The position numbers were made by a program, and so were the translations under genes. A DNA stretch of 64,000 bases from Chara braunii (Eukaryota; Plantae; Charophyceae): the NCBI GenBank assembly GCA_003427395.1, contig BFEA01000037.1, positions 4,707,477 through 4,771,476 on the forward strand. The letters run 5' to 3'. The notes under the pieces were generated by a model that ran no database searches, was not told where the DNA came from, and was given only the letters and a program-made list of their open reading frames with translations. Positions 23,870 through 37,089 of the stretch are shown in pieces (position 1 is the stretch's first letter; every line of letters begins with the position of its first letter).

Positions 23870-26400
23870 CCATCTCTCGTTCAGGTCCAGATCTTCCCAA
23901 GGCCGGCCTTGTGGCCAACCTGGGTGCCAACCTCTTGACCTTTGAGGTGACCTACCACCTCGTCGATGTGGGGACCGACTAGGATGTTGACGATTCGGTG
24001 GGTGACCTTGACACCTACCTCCCACTCGACGGTTCCCTTCACCGCCAACCCCCTGTGCGCCCGATCCTCGATCTCCCGTGGCCTGGCCCCTTTGGCCCTT
24101 ACCTCCACCTCTACTTTGCGGCCTCCCTCCAGCCGCGACCGCGACAACCGCATAGGACCTCCCCTGACCTACGCTATTGTCCTCCTCCTCAAGTCCCCAC
24201 TCAATCTGACTGTAGGGGACCTCATCAGTACCACCTTCATCTAAGGTAAGGATCAAATGATCCTTGACCCTAACTTGGCCAGAGATGGTACGACCCTTTC
24301 ATTTTTTGCCTTTATCCAAGTCCTTGTGCCAGATAGTGGAAATTGGCATGGACTTCGCCTCGAACAAGACCACTTCCCTACTCGGCGCGTCATATGTGAT
24401 ATTGGGCTATTGGGTCTTGTCAAAGAAGTGCCCTCGCAAGGGCTCTGGCATGACATGATAAAACAACTGGACCAACTGGGTCTCTGTGACCCCATGGTCC
24501 GAGACGGCTACCAAGTCGTCCATGACAGCTTTGAGTGCTCGCGCACTCCTCGACTGTCTCGAGTGGATGGTTTGGAGTTTGTCAGAGGCCCTGACGCCTC
24601 TCGTGACTTCAGCGAACCTCTCACGCAAGAGTTTGAGGAACGTGGAGAGAGGGGTAAGCCTAGAATAAGCAATCCTGTTATGCTCGCAATCGGCGGCGAG
24701 TGCGAGGGACCTGGCTAAGCTAGCTGCTTCGTCCTTCAACGCATGGAAGGCGACGAGGACTTGCTCCTCTGGGGCAATGTGCTGTAAATAAACGTAAGTA
24801 TTAACGCTAGGCTGCCAATTATCGAAGTTATCGTCCTTCTTCCCGCTGTAAGAATCAGAAAAGTTGAGGTTTACAAACTCTTTGCGGGGACGCGACTCGG
24901 CCTCTGCTGTGGCCACCACTTTGGCACCCTCAATGGCGCCGGCACAAAACTTCTTTGCACTTTCCTTTAACTTTTTTACTTCGGTCCCAACGTGGGTAAC
25001 CACGTCGCGCGCAAACTCTCTGAAACCAGATCGGATGGCATGCAGGGTCCCATCATGACCCTTGTTGCCTGATGCTCCTCAAGCTAGGCCTCGCTCAGAA
25101 CCTAGAGATACCCCAGAATCTTATCTAATTTCGCGGGACTCTTTGCTTGTGCCTACACCTCTTGTTTGCATGCGCGAACTCTCTCCCCCTCTCTTGCCAC
25201 CTAGTTGGCTTCCTCCCTCCTCTTCTTCTCCCTCATCATACGTAACTTTCATTCCAACTTTTTCTTGTCTTCTATTGTCTGACGTTCCAGGGGCTCTTTT
25301 ATCGCTTCCAACTACCTGACAAATGTCTCTCTCTCCTCCTGCGGCACGTATAGTTGTGCCTCCTCATCCTCCCCCAACGATAAATTCGCTACCCATTCAG
25401 TTATCTTCATCTTCATCCACTCGTCTTCTCCCTTCGTGCCACTCCCCTCTCCTCTTTCTCCCCTATGCCTTCTTTCAAGGGGCTCTTGGCACGTATAATT
25501 GTGCCTCCTCATCCTCCCCCAACGATAAATTAGTTCCCCATTCAGTTATCTTCTTCTCCATCCACTCATCTTCTCCCTTCGTGCCACTCGTCTCTCCTCT
25601 TTCTCCCCCATGCCTTCTTTCAAGGGGGTCTTCTTCTTTTTCTTCCTCCTCCTCTGCTGCTGCTTCTTCTTCGGCAGCCTTTCTCTTCTCTTCCTCCTCC
25701 CGCTGTATCATGAACATCTTCTCTTTCTGAAATTTCATCATCTCTTCTTCTAACTACTTCTTTTTCGCCGCCTGCTCCTCTGCGATTGATTTTAGCTTCC
25801 CCTGCTTGAGGAGCTCTTTCTGCTCTTTTGTTTTTCTCAGGAGGACGACAATCCGGGCTTGCTCGGCCTCGGATTGGGGGGCAGTACTCTTCCCACTACG
25901 GGTGTCAACCATGATGACAAGTGCACAACCAGACAATGGTTCCACTCCTCACCACTTAGACTCTACTCCCCCTGACCGACAAACCTACTGACTCAATAAT
26001 CTAAGGACTTACAAAATCCGGACAGATCTTGTCAACTAGGGTCTCTAGCCTAGACTTACTCTAAGGCTATCACTACAAGACATGTTGCTGATCAGGAGGC
26101 ATTTAAGGAGATCCCCCGTAACTCCTCAGGAATTATTTAACATTGCAGATAGGACAACGCGATCAGCAAGTCTTCTCAAGACTTAGACGGCCTGTTGTGC
26201 AGCTCACAACTTGGATTTTGGGCCTACCGTGCCACACCGAGCAGCCCGCTGGTCAGTACCGATCCTTCGAAGGGTTCGTGTCCTCCGGGACAGTCGAGTC
26301 GTCAAACATAGTCTTTAGCCCTACTCAGCCCGTGTAGGTTTGGTCAACAAGGCTCTATCCTTCATCCATAGAGTTTCTATCATCTGGACAGAAGAGACTC
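23870..26400 (-). mobile_element. Truncated Ty3/gypsy element: leader/LTR end plus decayed gag
   Basis: MVDTRSGKST... coiled-coil N-terminus; retrotransposon-gag-like ORF 24407-25003 (DSYSGKKDDNFDNW...LKDEAAS...LRERF); block near 26089 resembles the block at 60068. Confidence 0.75.
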
Positions 26401-26900
26401 AATGCAAAAAAAAAGTCAGACAAACTTGACTCAGCAAGTACCACAGGGTGTGTGCATACCCATAGGGCGAGGGGATAGGCTGAAGGCTTGGCGAGATTAT
26501 ACCACCTCCAGCTTGGTCAAAATTGTGGTCAACGGCCTTGGTTAACGCCTTGGTCAACGCTGGGCCTACGCTGTAGTCAACCCTGTCAACCATAGGTCAA
26601 CTCTCGATCAACTCCTCCGGTCAACTTCGGCTATGGCGGCCGGCTTCACCTTCGTCGCCACCCTTCTCCTTCCTTTTTCCTATCTCCCCTCATTCTTCTT
26701 TTACACCCCATCTGTCTTCTCTTTGTTTGTTTGTTTTTTTTTCGTCTTTCCCTTCACCTCCTCGGCTATGGCTTCTTTCACCTTCCTCGGTCTCCTCCTC
26801 CGTCCTCTCTTTCGCTCTCTTCGTTACTCCGTGGTCGAGCTCCGCGGCGTGCGACTGCACGGCACACTTCAAAGGTACGTGACAACCAAACTTGTATCGC

Positions 26901-26951
<51 letters not shown>

Positions 26952-27147
26952 GTATCGCTCAACCTTTCTCCCTCCCTCTCTCTCTCTCTCTGTCTTCTTC
27001 TTCGTCGTGGTCTTCTCTGCAGGTGTGCGATGCGGCTTCTTCAACCTCCAGGTCCGCTATGGCGGACGTCTTCTTTGATAGTTACTCTGGCTATGGCGCG
27101 TAACTCTTCCCTGTAATACCCGATGGCGCGTGGAATAGCGGGTACCA

Positions 27148-27159
27148 GCTCTGATACCA
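27148..27159 (-). promoter_or_regulatory. tRNA-iMet primer binding site TGGTATCAGAGC next to an LTR end (...TTGCA at 27161)
   Basis: Perfect 12-nt match to the plant iMet tRNA 3' end, 1 nt from a CA. Confidence 0.8.
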
Positions 27160-28199
27160 ATGCAATCAGACTCGCTCTCATCCACACTCGCATGCATGCA
27201 AACAGGTGCGTAGCAAACTGGCAACAAGCGCCCACTCAAAACTCAGATATGGCAGCCAAGAACACAGTTCAGGTACAAGTTCACTTCAATGGCTATGGCA
27301 ACTCACCGCCCACACAACTCTCTGTTCGCACACACAGGATCACCCTGAATATCCCACACGCGATACTCTGTACACACACACACACTCACATTGCACACTA
27401 TCTACAATTATGGCGGCTATGGCCGCAACTACCCTATCGCTATTCCTTCTCTCTCGCCCACTTCGTCTTCGAGCTTACTGCAGACCTCCTCGCACAAGTC
27501 GCTTGTATCAGCGCTACCTCTTGATTTATACCGCTGCAACTCGTTGGTCTGGCCCTTTCCCATGCCCGTAGTGCATACGGTCCCGTGCGGTACTTGCTTG
27601 ACTGAACCAAGACTGACTGGGGCTGAGACTGTTGACTCAGCACTCGTAGAGTCCACCACTTGCCCACTTGCCTCACCACTTGCCCACTTGCCTCAGCCTA
27701 AACATGGGCAACTTCAAAAGACCACTACTGGGACCTTCCGGAAGGGCGTAGACTTGGCCTTTTGATATTGTAGCAGCTACGACCTTGACCTTTCTGGACT
27801 GTGGCAGCTACGACCTTGACCCTTCGAAAAAATTACAGCTACGACTTCTAGACCTGACTTAGACTCCTGCTCGACAGGTCTACAGATCGAACCCCTTCTA
27901 CCTATGGACCCTACGACAGTCTACGAACTGTTACAAATACAAAGGTCACGGGTTCAACTCTAGGGGTCGACACAGATACTATACACAGGTAAGGTGGGGA
28001 TTAGGGATCGAGCCCTAGATCTGCATCGGCTATTACGAACTAGTGAATACCATTTCACAAAGCTGGACCGAGTATTTATTTTATTTTATCTTATTTTATT
28101 TTATTTTATTTTATTTTAATCGGTTGGATACAATGCTGCACTAGGTCCCCGCGAGAACTCTAGTACAGATCGCAGGTCACGCATAGCTCATGAGTAGAG

Positions 28200-31171
28200 A
28201 TGACACAAAGGTTGAAGAACTAGACCACGGAGACAGGAGACTTAACTGTAGACGTGCACTTTCTTGGTGTCAATGTCATGAGAGGAAAGGAGACTACGGA
28301 GAGAAGCTAGGGAGAGGGCCACATTGCAGTGGGCCACATTGCAGAGGGTTGGGCAGCAGCAGCTAACGCTGAGAGTGCACTAGCAGCAACTACAGCAGCA
28401 GAAACTAAAGTCGCAACAGAGGCAGCCGTCTCTGCTATGTCACATGCCTCCTCTCAAGCCACTTCGTCAGGTACCAGTTCGGGTACATCAGGGTCTTCCA
28501 ATAGTTAGTCTGCTGGCTTGGAAGTCAGCCAGCAACAACCCATGTCAGATGAGGATTAGGAGATTGCATAAGCAAATGCACTCAACACAGAGTTACAACA
28601 CCAGTTGCAGGAAGTAGAGGAGAGAAGGGAGAGAGCTAGAATCAAAAAAGTTAGACAAAGGGACAAGACTGCAAGAGCTAGGCAGACTAGAGGCTATAGA
28701 CGAGTCAACATTAGACCCTGTTGCTAAAACAATTCAGAACTCTCTGTTGAGTGTTGCCGAAGCACAGGCTGTGCATGAGGAGTTGTTGGTCGAGCTAGTA
28801 GCTGGCCAGAATAGGATTCTAGTTGCAATTAGGCGCCTCGCCCGATGGTGAGGCAACCGCAAGTTGTTGTAGTTCCCCCTACGATTGCAGGTCCAATAAT
28901 GGTCGTGCCACCGGTGGGACCATCCTTTTCCCCTATGTTTGACATACCTCTAGCAGTAGGTAGGAGTGGGCAGATTCCAGTTGCTTCTCCACTTCCACAC
29001 TCAGCGGCTGCCACTACAGGGAAGCCGCATGTACAACGTCATGTGCAACAGTTACCGCCTCAACGGCCTTGGTCCACAGGTTCTCCTACCAATGCAGTAG
29101 CCACCGGGTGCTAGATAACCCATGTAGTGCACACCCAAGATACCCTTGCTTAGTCCTAAACCCTTCTCTGGCGACAAGACGAAGGAAGAGGACCTACATA
29201 CCTGGGTGAGGATTGTGCCTATGTATGTGAGGCACAAACTCACAAGGACCGAGGAAGAGGTTAATGTCGCTGCATCCTTCCTAGAAGGATCTGCAGCCAG
29301 ATGGCTGAATGGAGTAGTACAACAGCAAGGCTACAGTCAAAACTTGGATGGTTGGGCGCATACCCAAATATTGGAGAAGATTGTACAGATGATCGACAAC
29401 AGGTGGCATGACCCTCAAGGGGTTCAGAAGGTTACCAACTCGTTAGCCAGTCTGGAATCGAAAAAATACCGAACAGTTCACAAGGTGACAAACGTCGTAG
29501 AATGACTGATTGTTGTTCTTGGCGTGCAGTACGAACCGTAGTTCCTCCTCACAACTTATTTGCGATGTCTGCCCACAAATGTCAAAAATAAGTTGTTTGA
29601 TGAGGCCTCCATGGAAATGCATAACTAAGCCTCGTTTAGCAAGAAAGCCCTAGACATAGAGGCTAGGCTTGGGAGTGCCCAACAGGGACTAGCAGATGGG
29701 AGGAAAACGAAGCTTCCTGAAATAAGAGGAAGAAAGACAATCTCATGTTCGGTGATCACGATGGTCGAGCGACTGAGATTAATGACTTCTCTGACCTTGG
29801 GGAAGAGACGAAGATAAATGGGAGTAGGGGAACTTCATATGGTGGACTAGCCGCGCCCATTAGGAAAAAGGTTAAGCGGGTCGGGAAATAGAGGGTAGGC
29901 TGGCCCAAAGGTCAAATGACCAAGGATGACCAAAATGAGTGAAGCTTGGTCTGGAGTACGAGTTTCGCGAGACCGTGTTACGTGAGGTGCTTCTCTCAAT
30001 TGTGGCACACAACGGCCAAGTGCAACAGTAAGCGGGTCATTAGGAAGATTGTGTCCTCAATAGTGGCAATTAGGTCTTCCAACTTTGGTGGTGCTAATGC
30101 GAGCAGTTTCCAAGGAAACACATCAGGTCAAGAGTGTTAGTCGCTCTTACTCGTGTTGAATTGATTACCTTCCCTTCTCCACCCCAAACAATGGCCAAGG
30201 CTCCTAACCCCTTGATCGTCCCGCAGACAGATCCAAATTCATCGATGCTCTATTCAATTGATGTGTCCTTAAAGGCTTAAGGGAGTTAGAAACTGAGTGG
30301 TTAGAAAAAAAACATAGAGACTCCTAGGAGATGTTAAATAAAGATTCAAAGGATGAACATTTCGCGGTAGAAATGTATGTAGGTGTCAAAAAAGTTGGTG
30401 CCTTCGCAGACATAGGTTCTACACAAAACTTCATCGGTTGCGCTTATGTGGAGAAGTTGCGCTTACAGGACCAAGCACAGAAGCTTAGCACATTTGTAAC
30501 ATCTACCTTAGCCAACAAGCACTTGATGATAGTCACATACTATGTCAAGAAGGTAGTCTGCACCTTCTCCTATGTAGGGAGGAAAATGAGACAAAAGATC
30601 TCATTCCTAGTTAGCGACGGACTGCCATTCAACATATTCCTATCGTTGTACTACCTCAAGGTTGCTAAGCCTCAATTCAATGGGATAAAAGGTTATGATC
30701 CACAAGTTGTCAAATGGAAGGACCGTCAGGTTGCAAAAGTTTAAGGTTAGCACACTAGTTGAGAACTATAGTCGCATGTGCTTGTCGTCTTTCTATAACT
30801 ATTGCAAGCAGAATCGCGAGGAAGGCATGTACCTAGTCTTTGTCTCTGAGAAAGGGGAGGTCGTAAAATCACCCCCAAAGATAGAAGCAGACGTTGTGCA
30901 ATATTCAGCCCTCTTTGAGGAGTCTGGGTGTAGTAGAAAGGAAGATTTTCCACGCGATAAATGTCATCCCAATTATCAAAGTGCCTAAAGGTCGAATCTA
31001 TATGACGTCTCTTGCGCAGATACATAACCTCCGCCGCCAGCTCAAGGAGCTCACAGAGCAAGGTTGGAACCGACCAAGTACATCCCCATACGGAGCGGCA
31101 ATTTTATTTGTACCAAACAAAGGAGGGACCTCAAGGATGTGCATTAACTATTGGGGCCCCAATTCCCTCAC
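28200..31171 (+). mobile_element. Decayed Ty3/gypsy gag-protease-RT start, interrupted at 31172
   Basis: PKPFSGDKTKEEDLHTW (gag), AFADIGSTQNFI (protease), PSTSPYGAAILFVPNKGGTSRMCINY (RT start); same family as 43000-59550. Confidence 0.85.
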
Positions 31172-34100
31172 TGTGACGGACCCGCCGGGATGGTGGTCCG
31201 TCAGGACGAAGGCGAGAGGTTGAGGACGGAGGAGATGGAGATGGAGTTGACAGGAAAATCACACCTCTGAAGTAAATTAAACACGCATATACTCCAAAAT
31301 GTGCAGAATGAAGAATGACCTGAAAACAAACTGCAGTTTAGGTATACCCCCATCGGGCAGATTGAACTGGCCTGATACCAACAGTGGTACTGGGCAGGAC
31401 TGGATTGGACTGAAATGACATACAGCCTTTGGGGTCAGGCCACGATCTGGTCCCATAGGCTGAATAGGCAAATAGCCTAGTAAGCCTTGGCTGTAGGCCA
31501 GGGCAGATAGAGGCCCTCTGCACAATCCTCAAACCTATAGTGGATCGCAAGAGCCATAAACACACTTTCCACAAAAACATCAAAACTCTGCAACAAACAA
31601 AACTGAGAAATATAGGATGTGGAGCAAGCTTCATGCATAGTCAATGCGATGCAGCCTGAGCTACATAATGTCAAATGAAAAACAAATGTCTGGTATACAC
31701 ATCCTAACTAACATCAGAAAATAACATGTAGCAAGATACAATCCTAAAATCCTAGAGGCAATTGCCTCAATGCTGAAAGGAAAAAATAATAATATGTCAT
31801 AAGGTAATGTAGTGTCGTTGAGCCACTAAGAGTGAGACGGTATCAAAGAGGATGAATGCAGCCTAAGAATCGAAACTCGTAAGGGCAGTCAGCCACGAAG
31901 GTGGGATAGGTCATCAATAGTGAAGCAAAACCAATGACCCTAACAAATAAATCATCAAGGCGGGTAATGCTCAACGAAAGGGTAACATCATGCAGGGTCG
32001 ACCATGAAAGGGGAACCTGGAATAGGGTGGTCATATGCCTAACTGAAGGCATGCAATGTCCGACACTAAGATGACAAGGAATGCACTAGGTGAGGAAAAC
32101 ATGCACACACATCACCAACTAGGGGAGGGAGTTAGATCTGGGAGCAGGGAATTCAAAACAACGCTACGCTCTCAATGCCTATGCGATACAAAGGGAGAGC
32201 CCAACTCAACGAGACTCAGCTAGATGAGAATCATCGTGCAACACATGCAAGGGAATGTACAGGAGAGGGTGGTGACGTAAAGTAGTCACGTCCAAAGTAA
32301 TTGGAGTCCGATAAGGAAGTTGAAGTCATCGAAGTGGTCGATAACGTGGCTGAAGTAGGAGTCGCGCTGATGTCGAAGCAGAGCCGTAATACGCTGACAT
32401 CATGAAAAAGTTAATGATAGAGTACCTGAAGGTGTGAGTCAGTAGGGAGAAGGTAGGTGATCAGAGTGTCGATCCTCGAAACGCCGATGGCGTCGACGAG
32501 TGCGTTGTGGACGCGCGACGCTGTCCGTCTGCTGTTGAAGAACGACCTAAGAAGGAGCGAGCTCGTCCTCTACAATCTCCTCAGTCGAGTAGGAGCAGAT
32601 GTCCCAGCACGACGAACACGATCATATGCACAGACCAACATCCGGACGTGCTCCAAATGCTCCCAAGTAGCCTCCTCATTATGATAGTCCTTCCAACGCA
32701 CAAGATACTTGATGCATGGAGGGGTATCGACAATAACTCGACGAGATACGATGTCGAAAAAGACAAACTCCTCGTGACCGTCCACCATGATTGTTGGAAG
32801 GCGCTCATAAGGACGCCCGACGAAGCATTCGAACGTTCTGCAAAAAGGGCGTTCTACAAAGACGTGGTAAACATCGTGTACGGGAGTATGTCAAAGGTAA
32901 TCAGGTAGCTTCACAGAGAAGTTGACTGGACTAGTGGCAGTATCAGAACCGACGGCCTGAAAAATGCGCCATGGACCGAAGAAGCGATGTCTGCGCTTGC
33001 GAAGCGTATCCGCTTCGAGCTGCAAGTGGCCTGCGTCGACGAGCACATCGTCACCGACTTTGAAAGAATCATTCATTCATTATCGGTTCGCTCGTGCGAC
33101 CTTGCGAATCTGGGAGTCGGCTAGACTGTTGTTTGCGCTCTTCATAATCCTCGTCATGGGGGCAATTCAGTCGTCCAGCGCAAAATAACGAGTGTGTGGC
33201 CGCAACTGCGATGGTCATCAAAAGTCCACGTGTACACGAGGGTGTAGCCAAGGTCGCAATAGAATGGCAACATCCCCGTGGTTGGCGAACCGTCGTGGTT
33301 GTAAATAATCTCTGCGTGGGCCAAGTGTAAGTCTTACAGTTAGTCATCCCTAACAAACTTTCGAATTCCAAGAGTTTTATTGGTGACCTCATTCTGACCT
33401 TCCGTTTCAGGGTGGTAAGACCATGAAAAGCAGAGTTGGGATCTGCACACCTCGTGTAGTTGTCGCCAGAATATGCTAGTAAAGCAAAGATTACGATCGG
33501 AGATGATGCTCTGCGGTAAGACGTGATCTCTCACGACTCAGTCGAAAATGATGTCGACGACCTCACGAGTGCTAATGCGATAGCGGCACGGAACAAAACG
33601 TGCACACTTCGTGAAGCGATCAACGAAGAACCGGCGTACAAGTCACCGCCTTCTTGAAGGTGCGACAAACATCCTTGCAAAGGGGTGTCCAAAACCACGA
33701 CGGTTGCCGGAGGAGGGTGGAGGTAAGAACGTAAGAATACCTTAGCGAATCCCTGGATGAAATTACTATAGTGACTAGTAAGGCATATAAAACAGGAAAG
33801 CTGCTTGACGGATGTGATGACGACCCATGCCGCAATAGCAATAATCATCGCATCATCCATGTGGAGACCCTGATCAGACACATGTTGTTCGAGGAAGTTC
33901 ACTTTGCGCTAGGCAAAGCGGCACTTACTAGTTTGGCATAAAGATCATGCTTGCGTAAGCGTTGTAGGACATAATGAAGGTGTCTGAGATGCTCTTATAA
34001 GGTACGACTGTGAACCAAGATGTCGTTCAGGTATACGAGAACGTATTCTTCAAGCATGTCCCTGAAAATATCGTTCATAGTCGTGTGGAAGATGGCGGGT

Positions 34101-37070
34101 GCGTTGGTGAGGCCGAATGGCAGCACAGTAAACTCATAGTGGCCGAAGGGCGACTGAGAGGCGATTTTAGGTTGGTACTCTGTAACAACGCGGATCTGGT
34201 GGTAACGGCTACGAATATCGATCTTTGTGAATAACCGATTATCTGTCAAACGGTCAAACAACTCACCCGGCCGAGGCATGGAATAATTGTTTTTAACCGT
34301 GTAACGGTTGAGGCCTCGATAGTGATTGTAGAGGTGAAGAGTTTCGTCCACTTTGCGAGCAAAGAGGACGGGTGCACCCGGGGAGTTACTGGGTTTAATG
34401 AAACCCTGTCGATGGAGCTCCTCAAGATGACGCTCGAGTTTCCTCGCTTATAAAATCAAAAGTCGATAGAGTACCTGATGGTGGACACGATAGTCAAACA
34501 CGAGATGGATAGAATGCTAGATACCACCCATCGGAGGAATCCCGTTGTATAAGAAATATGGGAAGAAAACGTCGTGGTACTCTCGAATCAAATCACGAAC
34601 GGTGGACTCTAAGTCGATCATGAACCTCGTGAGTTCCTCAACGTTTGCGTCGGTACAAGACATATGGGTGGATTCAACAGTGAATGGCGTAAGGCCTTGG
34701 GATGTCGAAGGGGTATTCGCAGGCTGAGGGGTGGATGTAGAGATAGAAGCCGCAAAGATGGAGGAAGGGTCAAGGAGATCGGACTCCAATAAGATAAGTT
34801 CAACCTCGGCACAAAGTGGATCATAGCGAAAAAGATCAATGACGTTCATTCAGTAAAATGTGACGTCCTCATATCGTATGAAATGAGCAAACTTACGAGG
34901 AAAAGTGAAAGTGATGTATGGATGGGACCCAGAAGAACGAGAATCCTGGGCAGGTGGGACGGGAAGGGTATCGCCCATGGTTCCAATGAACGGGACTCGA
35001 TGGGTGTGATCACACTTCATTTTGAGAACGAGTCTCGGACACTCATTCGGCTTCTGTGCCACGGAACCGACAAAACCAAGGACTGTCAAGAATAAAGTCG
35101 TACTTAGTCTCCAGCACGTGAAAATATGCGGAGGAATGATAGCACCGAGGCGCCTGGGTACTATCTCGTGGTTGGATGGTGAGGGAAAAGTGGAAGCCAG
35201 GAACCGTCTGATCGAAGAAGTGTTGTTATCCCAGAGGTAGCTAGAGGAGCTTCCTCAACCACGTGAGGGTGAACGAGATTTCCCAGCGAGTCGGAGTTTC
35301 ATAAAGCATGGTACACCCCCATAAATGTTCCCAAGCGGATAGGAATGATGGAGAGGGTGCGATCAGGATCGAAGAGCAGAGAAAGAAGACGACACAGGAC
35401 GTTTACGTGTCTCGGGAATCGCTCCTGGCGAGCCTAAAAAATGCTCAAATCCAAAAAAGGTGAGAACATCATTGTGAATCTCCAAGTGAGAGCTACAGCG
35501 AGTCGTGCGAATGACGCGACGAGTCAAAAGTCTCAAGGGGGAAGGACTAGATGCAGCGGTCTGCGGTCGGGCTGACGGTGACCTCGACATACGGCGGGGC
35601 AAAGGGAACTGCGTCTGTCGTGTCCTGAGGATCCTCTGGTGGGGTAGCCAACGGGGCAAACCACGACTCGGTGGTCGAGAAGTCGACTACGTGCAAGGCC
35701 TCATCGATACACTGCATTGTGGCTAGCTGGATGAAACTGGTCGGGCGGGGTCGAAGGGGGACCGAGATGGACGGTGATGAGAAATGTCAGCATAATTCTG
35801 ATCGACGGCGGTACGATATGGACACCGTGAGGTGTGTTCATCCTGGTGACAACGAAGGCAACCACGACGGGCCTCGAGGGCGGCGCGTTCCTCAAGGGAT
35901 AAAGCTCCGCGAGGAGGGACGAAACCTTGCAGGAGGTCTATCTGAGGGATCGCGACCGTGTGGGTGTCAACCTGTGCATCCCGACTGCGTGCACGATTCA
36001 TGGCGGAGAAAAAAAAAAAATAGGCGAGAAAGAGAAAAAAATTAGAGTGGGAGGTGGGAGGATGATTGGGTTGTAGATGGGGGAGGGAAGGGAAAAAAGG
36101 AGGTGGGAGAAAGAGAGAGAAAGTGATGAGAAGAGTGAAGAGTAAATGACATGAGTAGAAGAGATTAGTAAAAGATGGTGAGTGAGAGGGGGGAAGGAGA
36201 AAAAAAATGGTCGAAGATGATTGAAGAGGGAGGTAGGAAGGAGTAATGGTAGAGTCAGAAAGAATGACGAGATGGTGTAGGGGGAGAAAAAAGGAGGAGA
36301 GATAAACGGGAGAGAGAGGGGGGGGGGGAGTAGGTTAGCGAAGAGAGATGATACTAGACTTTCAATTGGCCAAAAGCAACAAGATCGCGAAAATCCATGG
36401 GATCTTAGCCTTCAAGATGCTGGCAGCCTCCTGCTGCAGCACAAAATAATAATAATGAAATAATCGAAGGCTGACTGAGATCTTAACCAGTCACCCTGAT
36501 TGCACTGACACGCAACCCCCCTGGCTAGGGGGGTCTTCACTGCTGCCAAACTGTTGGTGCAGCAGTAGAAAAAATAATCATCAACCACCAACCACCCAGA
36601 TTCCACAACAGTGCAGCCCCCTAGCCAAGGGGGTCTTCACGTTATTCAGCTAGCTGCCATGTGGCACTGCAGAAGGCCACGTGTGCAGGCAACAGCAGCC
36701 ACGGCATGCTGGCGGGGGGGAAGGGGGGCGCAAAATAGCAGTCCACCCACCGTTGTCGTGCTGGCCGCTACTCGCATTTTGTCGACGGGGGGGAAAGGGG
36801 GAAGGGGGGAAGGGGGTGTAAATAGTTGGCGTAACACTCTTCAACATGAGTGTGCCGCACTATGGGGACAGAGTTTGATCAGTGTGTTAAGGGGCTGGCT
36901 ACGCACACGCATGACTGGCAGTTGCCCTTCAAACCTTAGCAGCAGCATGCATCCCGGATACTGAGCAGGACTAGACTGGACTCAAACAGTATACAACCTT
37001 GTGGGGTCAGGCCACGACCTAGTCCCTCAGGCCGAGCAGGCAAATAGCCCGATAGGCCCTGGCGTACCAA
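31172..37070 (-). mobile_element. Decayed chromovirus (Ty3/gypsy) with 3' LTR ~31172-31522
   Basis: RT (FTKIDIRSRYHQIR...PFGLTNAPAIF...VYLND) 33995-34351; integrase (IISDR...YHPETEGQNE) ~33340-33600; chromodomain (YLVRWKDYHNEEATWE) 32570-32788; LTR segment repeated at ~36964-37070. Confidence 0.85.
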
Positions 37071-37089
37071 TTCAGTCACAGGCCTCTGT

